Assembly: GCA_963755445.1 (NCBI GenBank)
Contig: CAVWJQ010000010.1
Coordinates: 118,720-182,719, forward strand
DNA length: 64,000 nucleotides
Origin: an uncultured Acidimicrobiaceae bacterium
GTDB lineage: Bacteria > Actinomycetota > Acidimicrobiia > Acidimicrobiales > RAAP-2
Direction: 5' to 3'
Shown piece by piece: positions 35,157-47,126 of this stretch. Below the pieces are notes generated by a model. It had not been told where the DNA came from. It ran no database searches and worked only from the letters and a program-made list of their open reading frames with translations. The translations under genes were made by a program, and so were the position numbers. How positions within the stretch are numbered: the first letter of the stretch is position 1; every line of letters starts with the position of its first letter.

Positions 35157-35508
35157 ATGCCGCCCAGCCCCAGCTGTACAGCAATCCGGCTTGCTCGAAG
35201 TGCCGCACCGCCGTGGCGCTCCTGGAGGAGCACGGCGTGCAGGCCGACACGATCGCCTACCTCGACGAGCCTCCGAGCCGTGGCGGATCTCAAGGGTCTC
35301 ATGCGAGCTGCTCGACATCGACGACCCGCGTCTGATGATGCGAACCGGTGAGGCGGTCTACGCCGAATTGGCGCTGGCTGATCAGGAAGGCGATGCGCTC
35401 CTGCTGGCGATCAGCCGGCATCCGATTCTGCTGGAACGGCCGATCTTCGTCGTCGGCGACCGGGCCGTCATCGCCCGCCCGCCCGAAAGGCTTCTCGAAC
35501 TCCTCTGA
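35157..35508 (+). CDS. ArsC/Spx-family (YffB-like) thioredoxin-fold protein (about 3 frame changes)
   Basis: QLYSNPACSKCRTAVALLEEHGVQADTIAYLDEPPS .. DLKGLM .. LLDIDDPRLMMRTGEAVY .. ISRHPILLERPIFVVGDRAVIARPPERLLELL. Confidence 0.65.
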
Positions 35509-35591
35509 CGATCCCCGGCGTTCCCGGGACCGCCCCCGTATGGTGTGCGCGCACGAACGGCGCGCACAGGTGCACGAAACGGGGGACGACA

Positions 35592-36054
35592 ATGACGACT
35601 TCTCTGGTGTTCTACGGGATTCTCGGCATCGCCAGCACGGTGGCGGCCTTCGTCGTGAACCGCCGCCTCTTCTCGGGAGGCCAGGCCGGCCCGGTCTCGC
35701 TCGCTGGAAGGGACCTACTACGCCGTCGGCGTGTGCTCGCTGCTCCTCGGGTGGTACTTCAACGTGCGCTACGTGCACCAGTACGGCCACCGGGCCAGCT
35801 ACATCGACTACACGAAAATGCTCTTCTCGAACTGGGCGGCGGACTCGGCCGCCCAGGACTACACGATCGTCAACCTGGTACTGCTCCCGTTGTGGACCAT
35901 CATCGAAGGCCGGCGACGGGGGCTGCGCTGGGCCTGGATCTTCTTCGTCATGAGCCTGTTCACGAGCCTGGCCTTCTCCATGGCGTTCTTCCTCGCCTTC
36001 ATGGAGCGCCAGCTGCGCTACAACCGGTCGCTCACCCCGTCCAGCACCGCATAG
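35592..36054 (+). CDS. Small multi-TM membrane protein (DUF2834-like; 1 frame change near 35710)
   Basis: MTTSLVFYGILGIASTVAAFVVN .. GWYFNVRYVHQYG .. NLVLLPLWTIIEGRRRGLRWAWIFFVMSLFTSLAFSMAFFL. The family name is from memory only. Confidence 0.45.
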
Positions 36055-37580
36055 CCGCAGTTGTAGCCGGGAATGAACGTCACGCCGGGCCCGCCGTGGC
36101 ACCCGGCGCCGCACAGGTAGAGGCCTTCGACGGGCACCGGGGCGTCCGGCCAGCCCGCCGGTCCGGGGCGGAAGGGCCCCATGAACTCCGGCTGGAGCAG
36201 TCCGTGGGTGAAGTCCCCGCCGGCACAGCCGAACATCAGCTCGTAGGTGTAGGCCGGGTAGTTGAGCTGTCGTTCGATCAGGTCCGGGAAGTTCGGCGCC
36301 GCCCTGGCGATCTTGGCGACCATCCGCTCCGCCATCTCGTCACGGAGCCGACCCTGGGACTCGCGATCGCCGATCGGCAGGTAGAAGGCGAAGCTGCTGG
36401 CGGCGTGCATCCCGTCGGGAGCGAGCGACGGATCGTCGAGCGAGGGGATCTGCAGGTTGAAGCTGGGCGACGACGGGACCTCCCCCCGCACACACCCCTC
36501 GAAGTCCAGCTGCATCTGCTCGGCCGTCCCGAAGAACGTGACGTTCCGACCCAGAGCGGTGTCGTTCAGGGCCTCGTACGGGGCGCGGTATTCGGGCAGT
36601 CCGCTCAGTGCGAAGTGCGCCTGGAAATAGGCCGCCCGATGGTCGATCGCACCGACGCGGCGGGCGAAGCCCTCCGGGAGGCTGTCGGCGTCGAGCAGTT
36701 GGGTGAACGTCGTCGTCGGATCGAGGTTGGACACCACGACCGGCGCCGTCACCACCTCGCCCTCGCCCAGGTCCACCCCGATGACCGCGCCACCCTCGAC
36801 GACGATGCGGGACACCTTGACGTGGCGGCGGAGCTCGCCACCGTGCTGCTCGAACAACCGGGCCAGGTGGTCGGCGATGGTGCCCAGACCGCCGCGGACC
36901 TTTGACATGGTGGCGGTGCCCGGCGATGCGAGCGCGAAGGCGAGGCAGAGAGCGCTCCCGGGAGAGAAGGGGCCCCGGAAGGTCGAGTTGACGGCGAGGA
37001 ACGCGAGCATGCTGCGCACCGGCGCGTGCTTCACCGGGTCCGGCAGGAACTGGTCGACCACATCCATGACACTGCCGAACATGGCGGTGCGGATGGCCTC
37101 CCGCTCCGACTCGTTGGCGGCGCAGGCCCACATTTCGTCGAGTGACTTGGGTGGCGTGCGGACGTCGAAGCGGCCGATGGCGCGTGCGGGAGCCTCGGCC
37201 CACGCCGCCACCTCGGCCATCCCGAGCACCGCCTCGATCCCGATCGTCTCGCCGAGGTGCTCGAGCAGCCGCTCCGGATCGGAGTAGAGCAAAATCGGCG
37301 GCTGGCCGTCCTCGCTGATGCTGGCGGACTGGACCTCGGGCTCGTAGATCGGGCAGGCACCCAGTTCCAGGTCCTCGAAGATCTGGTTCGGGACGGGGAA
37401 CTGAATGGAGCCGGCCAGCTCGAAGCGGTAGCCGCGGATGAGCTCCGTCGTGGAGGCCATCCCGCCGATGAAGTGGTTCTTCTCCACGCACAGGACCCGC
37501 AGACCGCCACGGGCCATGACCGTCGCTGCCGTCAGGCCGTTGTGGCCCGCTCCAATCACGATGGCGTCATAGTCGGGCAT
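36018..37580 (-). CDS. Phytoene-desaturase-family (CrtI-like) NAD(P)/FAD-dependent oxidoreductase
   Basis: Intact 520 aa. FAD dinucleotide fold YDAIVIGAGHNGLTAATVMARGGLRVLCVEKNHFIGG. C-terminal GLYLCGAGCHGGPGV. Confidence 0.85.
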   Translation of the reverse strand: MPDYDAIVIGAGHNGLTAATVMARGGLRVLCVEKNHFIGGMASTTELIRGYRFELAGSIQFPVPNQIFEDLELGACPIYEPEVQSASISEDGQPPILLYSDPERLLEHLGETIGIEAVLGMAEVAAWAEAPARAIGRFDVRTPPKSLDEMWACAANESEREAIRTAMFGSVMDVVDQFLPDPVKHAPVRSMLAFLAVNSTFRGPFSPGSALCLAFALASPGTATMSKVRGGLGTIADHLARLFEQHGGELRRHVKVSRIVVEGGAVIGVDLGEGEVVTAPVVVSNLDPTTTFTQLLDADSLPEGFARRVGAIDHRAAYFQAHFALSGLPEYRAPYEALNDTALGRNVTFFGTAEQMQLDFEGCVRGEVPSSPSFNLQIPSLDDPSLAPDGMHAASSFAFYLPIGDRESQGRLRDEMAERMVAKIARAAPNFPDLIERQLNYPAYTYELMFGCAGGDFTHGLLQPEFMGPFRPGPAGWPDAPVPVEGLYLCGAGCHGGPGVTFIPGYNCGYAVLDGVSDRL

Positions 37581-37684
37581 GGCTGGGACTGTAGCGATTT
37601 CCTGCCTATTCGGCTCGGTCCGCCGACCCCATGATTAGAGCGGCCGACCTTTGGCAATGCTCCAGGCATGACGAAGGAGGGACC

Positions 37685-37915
37685 ATGAGCGACGGATCGG
37701 GCAACGAACCGGGCGCCCCGGACGCAGGGGTGGACGAGACGACGAGGGTCGAAGAGCTGTTGGAGGCGTCAGCGGCCCACAGGCCGATCGGCCGCCGACG
37801 GCCGAGGAGGAGGCCGCAGCCGACGGCAACGCGCTCGATCCCGAGGTCGCGCGAGCACGAACGGGAGATGGGGAAGATCGGCGCCGAGGTCAAGGGCGAG
37901 GGCCAGATCGACTGA
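37685..37915 (+). CDS. Small acidic hypothetical protein (76 aa)
   Basis: Strong SD (GAAGGAGGG) 4 nt before the ATG. Sequence MSDGSGNEPGAPDAGVDETTRVEELLE.., C-terminal REHEREMGKIGAEVKGEGQID. The Arg/Pro-rich middle may be two compensating frame errors hiding AEEEAAADGNALDPEVA. Confidence 0.4.
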   Translation: MSDGSGNEPGAPDAGVDETTRVEELLEASAAHRPIGRRRPRRRPQPTATRSIPRSREHEREMGKIGAEVKGEGQID

Positions 37916-37955
37916 ACGTCAGGCGTCCGCGAGCGCACCGTCGAGCCCGCGGGCG

Positions 37956-39279
37956 TCACGATGGAGATCCTGTCGACGGCGGACTCGCCTGCGCGTCGCT
38001 CTTGCCTGTGCCGTTCTCGCCGGCATCGAAGCGCTCCGCGCAGCGGTCGGAGCAGAAGTAGCAGCCGCCCGCCGGCGTGGTCGCGTGATGCCGGTGCGTG
38101 CGCCTTCTCGACCTGCATGCCGCAGACCGGGTCCCGCGCGTAGCGGTCCCCTCCGCCCAGCCGCTCCCGGTTGCGGTACATCCAGTAGAGGACGCCGAAG
38201 AGCGCCAGGAAGATCAGGTTCAGGTACGTCGTGTAGTTCCAGGAGAAGTGCGCCGGTGCGATGGTCGTCGGCCGCATGGTCGGCACCAGGCCGGCGGCCC
38301 GGAAGAGCAGCTCCGTGAGCAGGCCCGCCGTCGCCATGAGGGCCCAGAAGACCGCCAGCATCCGGAGCATCAGCCGCGTGCCGTAGTACCGGCGGTAGAT
38401 CAGGAGCAACGGGAAGGCGATCAGGTCGGCGAAGATGAAGGCGATCACCCCGCCGAAGGAGATGCCGCCGCTCCACAGCGCGGCGGCCAGGGGCACGTTG
38501 CCGATGGAGCAGACGAAGCTGATGATGGCGATGAACGGCCCGACGATGGCGTTCTCCACGCTGGTCCAGAACCCGTGCCCGGTGATGAAGACGGCCTGCC
38601 AGACCGAGGTCGGCACCAACACCGCCAGGAATCCCGGCCACGGTGTAGCCGATGACCAGCTCCCGCCGCAGCATGGTGAGATCGGACATGGTGTACGTCG
38701 CGCTGTCCGCCCAGTCGGCCGTCGACCGCAGCCGGACCTTCAGCGGCAGGCGGCGTCCAGCGGTGTCGGCCGCCGACGTCGTGCTGGTGCTCGGATCGGA
38801 TCCTCCGCTGCCTGCAGGCGCTCGCGGGCCTGCACCACGAGGCGCCCGCGCAACCACAACGTCCCGAGCGTGGCGAGGAGGGCGATCATGATGAAGCCGC
38901 CGACGAATTCGCTGACGGCGAACTGCCAGCCCATCAGCACCACGAGCACGATCCCCAGCTCAATCACCAGGTTGGTCGACGCGAACATGAAGACCATGGC
39001 GGCGACGAAGTCCGCCCCTTCGACGAAGAGCGACTTCGCCATCGCCGACGCCGCGTAGGAGCACGAAGAGGACACCATCCCGTAGCCCGAGGCCCGGAGG
39101 ACGGCCGGTGTCCGGTGGTCGCCCAGGCGGCGGCGCATGGCGTCGCGACTGACGAAGGCCTGCACCGCTCCGGCCAGGCCGAAGCCGAGGATCAGCGGCC
39201 AGAGCGTCTCCCAGAACATGAAGAAGCCCTCTCGGAGCGAGCGTCCGATGTCGACCAGCACGGAGGCCGTTGCCAGCAT
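37956..39279 (-). CDS. DUF318/ArsP-type permease fused to a C-terminal TRASH/YHS metal-binding domain (at least 3 frame changes)
   Basis: Permease blocks GYGMVSSSCSYAASAMAKSL, MVFMFASTNLVIELGIVLVVLMGWQF, IISFVCSIGNVPLAAALW. After a 1-nt shift the C-terminus reads DPVCGMQVEKAHA..GCYFCSDRCAERFD. The ATG lies 6 nt after the csoR stop. Confidence 0.7.
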
Positions 39280-39284
39280 CGGGA

Positions 39285-39570
39285 TCAGGAGCGGACGAGC
39301 CGGCCTGATGGCGGCGGAGGCCTCGTTGAGCTTCTCGGTCGCCTCGTCACCGCCTTGGCGGACGGCGTCGGAGACGCAGTGGGCCAAATGGTCGTCGAGC
39401 AACTCCAGCGCGACCGCCTGGAGCGCCTTGGTCGCCGCCGAGACCTGTTCGAGGATGTCGATGCAGTAGCGGTCCTCGTCCACCATGCGCTGGATCCCCC
39501 TGACCTGGCCCTCCACCCGGCGCAGGCGCTTCTGCAGGGCGTCCTTGCTGTCGATGTAACCCGGTCGCAT
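39285..39570 (-). CDS. csoR: CsoR/RcnR-family metal-sensing transcriptional repressor (1-nt indel near the 3' end)
   Basis: LQKRLRRVEGQVRGIQRMVDEDRYCIDILEQVSAATKALQAVALELLDDHLAHCV carries the C-H-C copper-ligand pattern. A shift at about 39305 restores ..AAIRRLVRS*. Confidence 0.85.
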
Positions 39571-39591
39571 GGGGTCCTCCTTCTGTACGCT

Positions 39592-39608
39592 ATACCCCTA
39601 TAGGGTAT
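39592..39608. promoter_or_regulatory. Candidate CsoR operator
   Basis: ATACCCCTATAGGGTAT, 22 nt upstream of the csoR start. It is a pseudo-palindrome of the TACCC-N-GGGTA type reported for CsoR operators. Confidence 0.6.
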
Positions 39609-39649
39609 CAGCCAGGAGCGCACCTCCCCCGCCGGGACGACCGGCGCAA

Positions 39650-40559
39650 TCAGCCCGCGGTCTCGACGACCCGGCGCATGCCCTCGCGCCAGGGCACCTC
39701 GGTGCGGCCGAGGACCTGGTGCATCCGGGTCACGTCGGGCCAAATGGGCCAGGGCGCAGCGGGGTCGTAGCGGATCAGGGCAGGGCGGCCGACCAGCTCG
39801 CCCAGGTAGGCGCAGTACTCCTCCGCGCTGACGGTCTCGCTCCCGGCGAAGTTGACGACCACCGGGTCGGGGGACGCCACCTCGAGGGCGCGGACGGCGA
39901 GCCGCACGTAGTCGTCCTCGTAGATCGGGTTGTAGTGGTTCGGGGCGTCGGGGTGCAGGACCACCTCCTCGCCGCGGAGGATCCGGCGCAGCCGGTTGAC
40001 CGGCGTGCCGCCCTCCGGCCCATAGGTCGAGAAGATGCGGATGATGGTCAGCGGGCTGCCCGCCTGCTCCGCCGCGAAGCGCACCACCGCCTCGCCGGCG
40101 ATCTTCGACAGGCTGTAGGCCCCGAGGTGGACGCCCGGGTGGATCGTCCTCGCGCAGGGGCCGCTGGCCCTGATATTCGTAGGCCGAACCCGTGGAGCAG
40201 TAGACGAAGGCGGCTCCCGGACAGGCCGCCACGAGACGGCCCGAGGCGTGGGCGTTCGTGGCAAAGACCGCTTGCCAGTCGGCATCCTGCGCCTCGCGGC
40301 CGAGACGTGCCGCCGCGTGGAAGACGTGGGTGATCCCGTCCGGAAGCTGGCGCAGGTCCATGTCGGCCAGGTCGGCCACGACCGGCACCACGCCGGCCTG
40401 CTCCAGGCGGGCCCGGTCGTCTTCGTTGCGGCAACGTGCCAAGCCGAAGACCTCGTGCCGGGAGGCCAGCTCCCGGGCGACCGGGAACCCGACGCGCCCC
40501 GTCGCGCCGGTGACGAGCACCCGCCAGCGCGGCGGGTCAGACGATGTGACGGTGGTCAT
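39650..40559 (-). CDS. NAD-dependent epimerase/dehydratase family protein (1 frame change near 40130)
   Basis: VLVTGATGRVGFPVAREL (GxxGxxG), YCSTGSAY, YSLSKIAGE (YxxxK), RIFSTYGP. Confidence 0.8.
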
Positions 40560-40654
40560 GCCCCACCGTAGAGCGGAACACGTTCCAGCAGCATCAGGCC
40601 TCGGCAGAAGGGCAGAATCGGGTCTCCGGTACGACCGGAGGGAGAGGAGCCGAG

Positions 40655-40858
40655 ATGGCCACGTTCGTCCTTGTGCACGGTGCCATGCACGGAGGCTGGT
40701 GCTGGCGCGACGTCCGCATCCGCCTCGGGCGGCGCGGGCATGTCGTGCACTGTCCGACCCACTCCCGATGCACAACGCGTGCTCGCAGAGTCGTTGCCTT
40801 CGCCGGCCGGAGCGACGACGATATGGCGTACTCAGATCGACGCCGGGCACCGGCGTGA
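40655..40858 (+). pseudogene. N-terminal remnant of an alpha/beta hydrolase (esterase-like), truncated
   Basis: MATFVLVHGAMHGGWCWRDVRIRLGRRGHVV is a typical start for this family. After about 35 aa no frame continues the fold, and the MMPL gene starts at 40877. Confidence 0.4.
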
Positions 40859-40876
40859 GGGGCGAGGAGGGCTGCG

Positions 40877-43049
40877 GTGACCCGGAGGTTGGCCGAACGC
40901 GTCGTGGCCTGGCGCTGGTACATCATTGCCGCCTGGGTCGTGCTGGGCATTGCGCTCGTGACGCTGGCTCCCTCGCTCACCGGCTTCACCTCTTCGGGCT
41001 ACGGCCTGCCCGCGTCCTACCAGTCGACGCAGGCACAGACGATCGCCGTGGCGCGATTTCCCGTCCGTGGCGTCGGCCTCGGGCATCATTGAGGTCAACG
41101 CCGGGGACGGCGCCGTGCTGACGACGTCCGATCTCCAGAAGATCGATGCGCTGGCCACCACGCTCGACAACGATCACATCGCATCGGTCCGCTCGGTGAC
41201 CACCTCGCCCCTGTTCCTGGCCAAGAACCAGAAGATGCAGCTGATTCAGGTGGCCATGGACGGGCAGCCGGGCGAGGACGGACCCAATGCCGCCGTCAAG
41301 ACACTGCGGGCGGACACCGACGCCTTCCTGCAGGGCTCGGGCCTGCGCGGCCAGCTCACCGGGAGTGCCGCCATTTCGGTCGATCAGGCCGCGGCTTTCA
41401 ACCGGGCCGAGAAGATCATCTCCATCGCCACGGTGCTGCTGATCCTGTGCCTGCTGGCCTTGGTGTTCCGCAGCGTCATCATCGCCTTCCTGCCCCTGCT
41501 CGTCGTCGGGTTGGTCCACCAGATGGCCAGCTCTCTCACCGCGTGCTTCGCGCAATGGTTCGGGTTCTCCGTCAGCACCGAGTTGGCGCCGCTCCTGATC
41601 GTCGTGATGTTCGGTGTCGGCACGGACTACATCGTCTTCATGTTGTTCCGCTACCGGGAGCAACTGGCCAAGGGGCAGGATCCGCACGAGAGCCTCATGG
41701 TCGCCCTGTGCCGGGCCGGTGAGGTCATCGCGTCCGCCGCCATCACCGTGATGCTCGCCTTCGCCGCCCTGCTGGTCGCCACCATCGGCCAGCTGCGCTC
41801 CCTCGCCCCGGGGCTCATCATCGGCGTGGGCCTGATGTTGCTTGCCGCCCTGACACTGGTGCCGGCGATCCTGAGCCTCTTCGGCGCCGGCGCTCTTCTG
41901 GCCCACGACCCCCAAGCCGCACGACCCGGCCCACCGGACGCGCTCGGAACGGATGGGGGCGGCCGTCGCCAAACGTCCCGGCATCATCCTCCTGACCAGC
42001 GTCATCGTCCTGGTGGCCCTGGCCACCGGCGTGCTCAATCTGAAGGTCACCTACAACCAGCTGGCCGAGCTGCCGCAGAACAATCCCTCGACCGAGGCCT
42101 ACAACACCATCTCGTCCGGCGTTCCCGGCAGGCTTCCTGGGGCCGAGCCAGGTCTTCGTGTCGTCCTCGACGCCGCTCGACCCCACCGCCGTCGACGCGC
42201 TGGCCGCCAAGCTCGCCCACACCCATGGCGTGGCGCAGGTGCTGCCCGTGCAGTACGACGCGGGGAAGCAGGCCGCCCTGATCGAGTTCCTCCTACGGAC
42301 GATCCCTACTCCAATCAGGCCATCGCCGACATGGCGGGCCCGATCCGCTCCGCCATCGTCGGCAGCGTTCCGGGCGCCACCGTCGTGACCGGCGGGCCCG
42401 ACGGCGACCTTGACCGACGTCAAGGCCGCGCTCCAGCACGACACCCGCAACATCCTGCTGCTGGCGCTCCTCGTCGTGGCACGTGATGCTGGCGATTCTG
42501 TTGCGGGCGCTGGCCGGTGCCGCCTATCTCCTGATCGGCATCCTCCTGACCTACGTGGCGACCCTCGGCGTCGTCGCCTACATCTTCATCAGCTGGCTGG
42601 GCTACGACGGGCTCGACTTTTCCATCCCCATCATCGTGTACATCTTCGTGATCGCCGTCGGCACGGATTACAACATCCTCATGGCGACCCGGCTGCGCGA
42701 GGAATTCCAGCAGGGCGTGGAACCGCACGAGGCGGCGCGCATCGCCATCGTCGAGGGGGCGCCCGCCGTGACGGCGGCCGGTGTGATTCTGGCCGGGACC
42801 TTCGCGTCGCTGCTGCTGACCGGCATCCAACTCCTGGAGGAGATCGGGGCCGCCGTCGCCCTCGGCGTGCTCCTGGCGTCCAACGTGCTGGCGACCCGGA
42901 TCGTCCCGACGCTGGCGGCCCTGCGAGGCTTCCACTTCTGGTGGCCGCACCACACGCACACCAGGACCGTGACCGACCGGGACGAGCTGGTGGCGCACCT
43001 CAGCAGCGCGGACCGGTGTCGGTCGGAGGCCGAACCCGACCCGTCCTGA
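40877..43049 (+). CDS. MMPL-family (RND-type) membrane transporter (at least 6 frame changes)
   Basis: Two homologous TM bundles contain VMFGVGTDYIVFMLFRYRE and IFVIAVGTDYNILMATRLREE. These are separated by periplasmic-type domains. Confidence 0.85.
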
Positions 43050-43063
43050 TCACGAGTGTCGGC

Positions 43064-43678
43064 CTACGCTGCCGCGGCCCGCGGCCGCCCGACGATCAGG
43101 AGCGACGAGGGCCGCTTCACCCAGTGGGCGACGATGTCCGCCACCTCGGCCTCGCTCTTGCGCAGCGAGTGATCGCCGTCGACGAAATGCAGCGTGACCG
43201 GACCGGGGATGGCGGCGGTCTCCCGCTCGAGCTCCTCGGCGCTGGCGAAGGCATCGCGTCGACCGGAGACGAAGAGACAGGGGAGGTCGAGCCGGCCGAA
43301 GTGCTCGGTGCGGAGTCGCTCGGGACGGCCGGGCGGGTGCAGCGGATAGCTGACCAGGACCAGCGCGGCCACACGCAGGCCCTCGGCGGCGGCGAGGGAG
43401 CACATGCGGCCGCCGAAGGAGCGACCGCCGATGGCGATCCTCCCGGTCGGGACGGAGAGCCGCTCCGCCAGGCCCTCCGTGGCGGTGCGGACCGTCTCGA
43501 TGCAGACGGCAGGCGGGTCGGTCCGTCGCTTCCCGGCGGCCTGCCCGGGGAACTCGACGCGCTCGACGGTCACCCCGGCGCCGGTGACCGCCCCGTCGAT
43601 GGCGACCAGCCCGGATTGCGCGCGCCCGGCGCTCGCTCCCGGCGTGAGGATGAGCCCGGCAATGCCCGCTTTCGCCAT
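43064..43678 (-). CDS. Alpha/beta-fold hydrolase (KANL3/Tex30- or dienelactone-hydrolase-like), 204 aa
   Basis: Intact. Nucleophile elbow IGGRSFGGRM, LVLVSYPLHPPG, FVSGRRDAF, FVDGDHSL. Confidence 0.7.
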   Translation of the reverse strand: MAKAGIAGLILTPGASAGRAQSGLVAIDGAVTGAGVTVERVEFPGQAAGKRRTDPPAVCIETVRTATEGLAERLSVPTGRIAIGGRSFGGRMCSLAAAEGLRVAALVLVSYPLHPPGRPERLRTEHFGRLDLPCLFVSGRRDAFASAEELERETAAIPGPVTLHFVDGDHSLRKSEAEVADIVAHWVKRPSSLLIVGRPRAAAA

Positions 43679-43725
43679 CGGACCATCATGGCGTGCCTGT
43701 TCGCCTGACGCATCAGGCGGATGTC

Positions 43726-45507
<1,782 letters not shown>

Positions 45508-45511
<4 letters not shown>

Positions 45512-47066
45512 GCGGGCCCGGCGACCGATGCTGCAGGACGCCGGCGCGGGCGCGGCCCGACAGGGCAACGAGCCGGGCCCACATGTGGATCCTCGTCGTC
45601 ATCGCCAGCGCGCAGCTCATGGTGGTGCTCGACACGACGATCATGATCATCGCCCTGCCGTCGGCCCAGCACGCCCTCGGGTTCTCCAACACGGATCGGC
45701 AGTGGGTCGTCACCGCGTACACGCTGGCCTTCGGCGGCTTCCTCCTCCTGGGCGGCCGCATCAGCGACATGTTCGGGCCCGAAGCGCACGCTGATGATCG
45801 GCGTCACGGGCTTCGCGCTGGCCTCGGCCCTCGGCGGGGCGTCCCAGACCACGCTGATGCTGATCGGTGCCCGCGGCCTGCAGGGCCTCTTCGGCGCGCT
45901 GCTGGCCCCCTCCGTGCTGTCGATCCTCACCTCGACCTTCTCCGACCCGCGCGAACGGGGGCGGGCCTTCGGGATCTACGCCACCATCGCCATCGCCGGG
46001 TCCGCCTTCGGGCTCATCCTCGGCGGCTTCCTGACCCAGTACGTCGACTGGCGCTGGTGCCTGTACGTCAACCTGCCGATCGCCGCGCTGGTCCTCTTCG
46101 GCGCCTTCGCGTTGATCCCGACGCGCCAGGGCATACCGGGCATCCGCCTCGACGTGCTGGGCGTCGATCCTCGGCTGCGGCGGGCTCGTCGCGCTCGTCT
46201 ACGGGCTGGGCGAGGCCGGCACCAGCGGGTGGGGTGCGACCGATGTGATCGGTGGCGCTGGTCGTCGCCGGCGCTGCTCCTCGGCGCGTTCGTCCTGTGG
46301 CAGAGCAAGGGCCCCAATCCGCTTCTCCCGCTGCGCGTGGTGCGCAACCGGAACCGGGCGGGCTCGTTCATCACGATCCTGCTGGCCGTGACCGGCATGT
46401 TCGGGACCTTCCTGTTCCTGACCTACCTGCTCCAGACCATCGACCACTTCTCACCGCTCAAGACCGGCATCGCCTTCCTGCCCCTGATGGCCATGAACGC
46501 GCTGGCGGCCACGCAGGTGGCCAGCCGCCTGATGCCCCACGTGCGGACCCGGCTGCTGGTGGTCCCCGGCCTCCTGCTGGCCGCGCTGGGCGTCGCCCTC
46601 TTCACCCAGTTGACGCCCGACGCCTCCTACGTGGACCAGCGTGCTGCCGAGCGAGCTCCTCCTGGGGTTCGGCCTGGGGCTGGCCATCGTGCCCTGCATC
46701 AGCACCGCCACCCAGAATGCCGACCCCAAGGACGTGGGCGTGACGTCGGCCATGACCAACACCTCCCAGCAGATCGGGGCTTCCATCGGCACCGCCCTGT
46801 TGAACACGATCGCGGCGGCGGCCACCACGACGTATCTCGCCGCGCACCATGTGCAGAGCAAGAACGAGGTCGCCCAGGCGACGGTGCACGGCTACGCGGT
46901 GGCCAGCGGCTGGGCCGCCGGGATCCTGGTGCTGGCCGCGGTGCTGGCCGGCCTCCTCATCAACGTGCACCCGGGACGGCCGGCAGGGCGAATGCCGGTG
47001 CCGACGGGCGACGCCGGCGCACTCGTCGATGCCGTGGATCCCGCCGGCGTGTCGCCGGAGTACTGA
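45508..47066 (+). CDS. DHA2 (EmrB/QacA)-family MFS efflux transporter (at least 3 frame changes)
   Basis: GTG start overlaps the tetR stop (GTGA). QLMVVLDTTIMIIALPS, WVVTAYTLAFGGFLLLGGRISDMFG, GARGLQGLFGALLAPS. 14-TM layout. Confidence 0.85.
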
Positions 47067-47126
47067 GCCCCGAGGAGGAGCCGCACTTCGGTCAGGTCCG
47101 CACGGCGACCGGTGGCGCGAGGCGTG

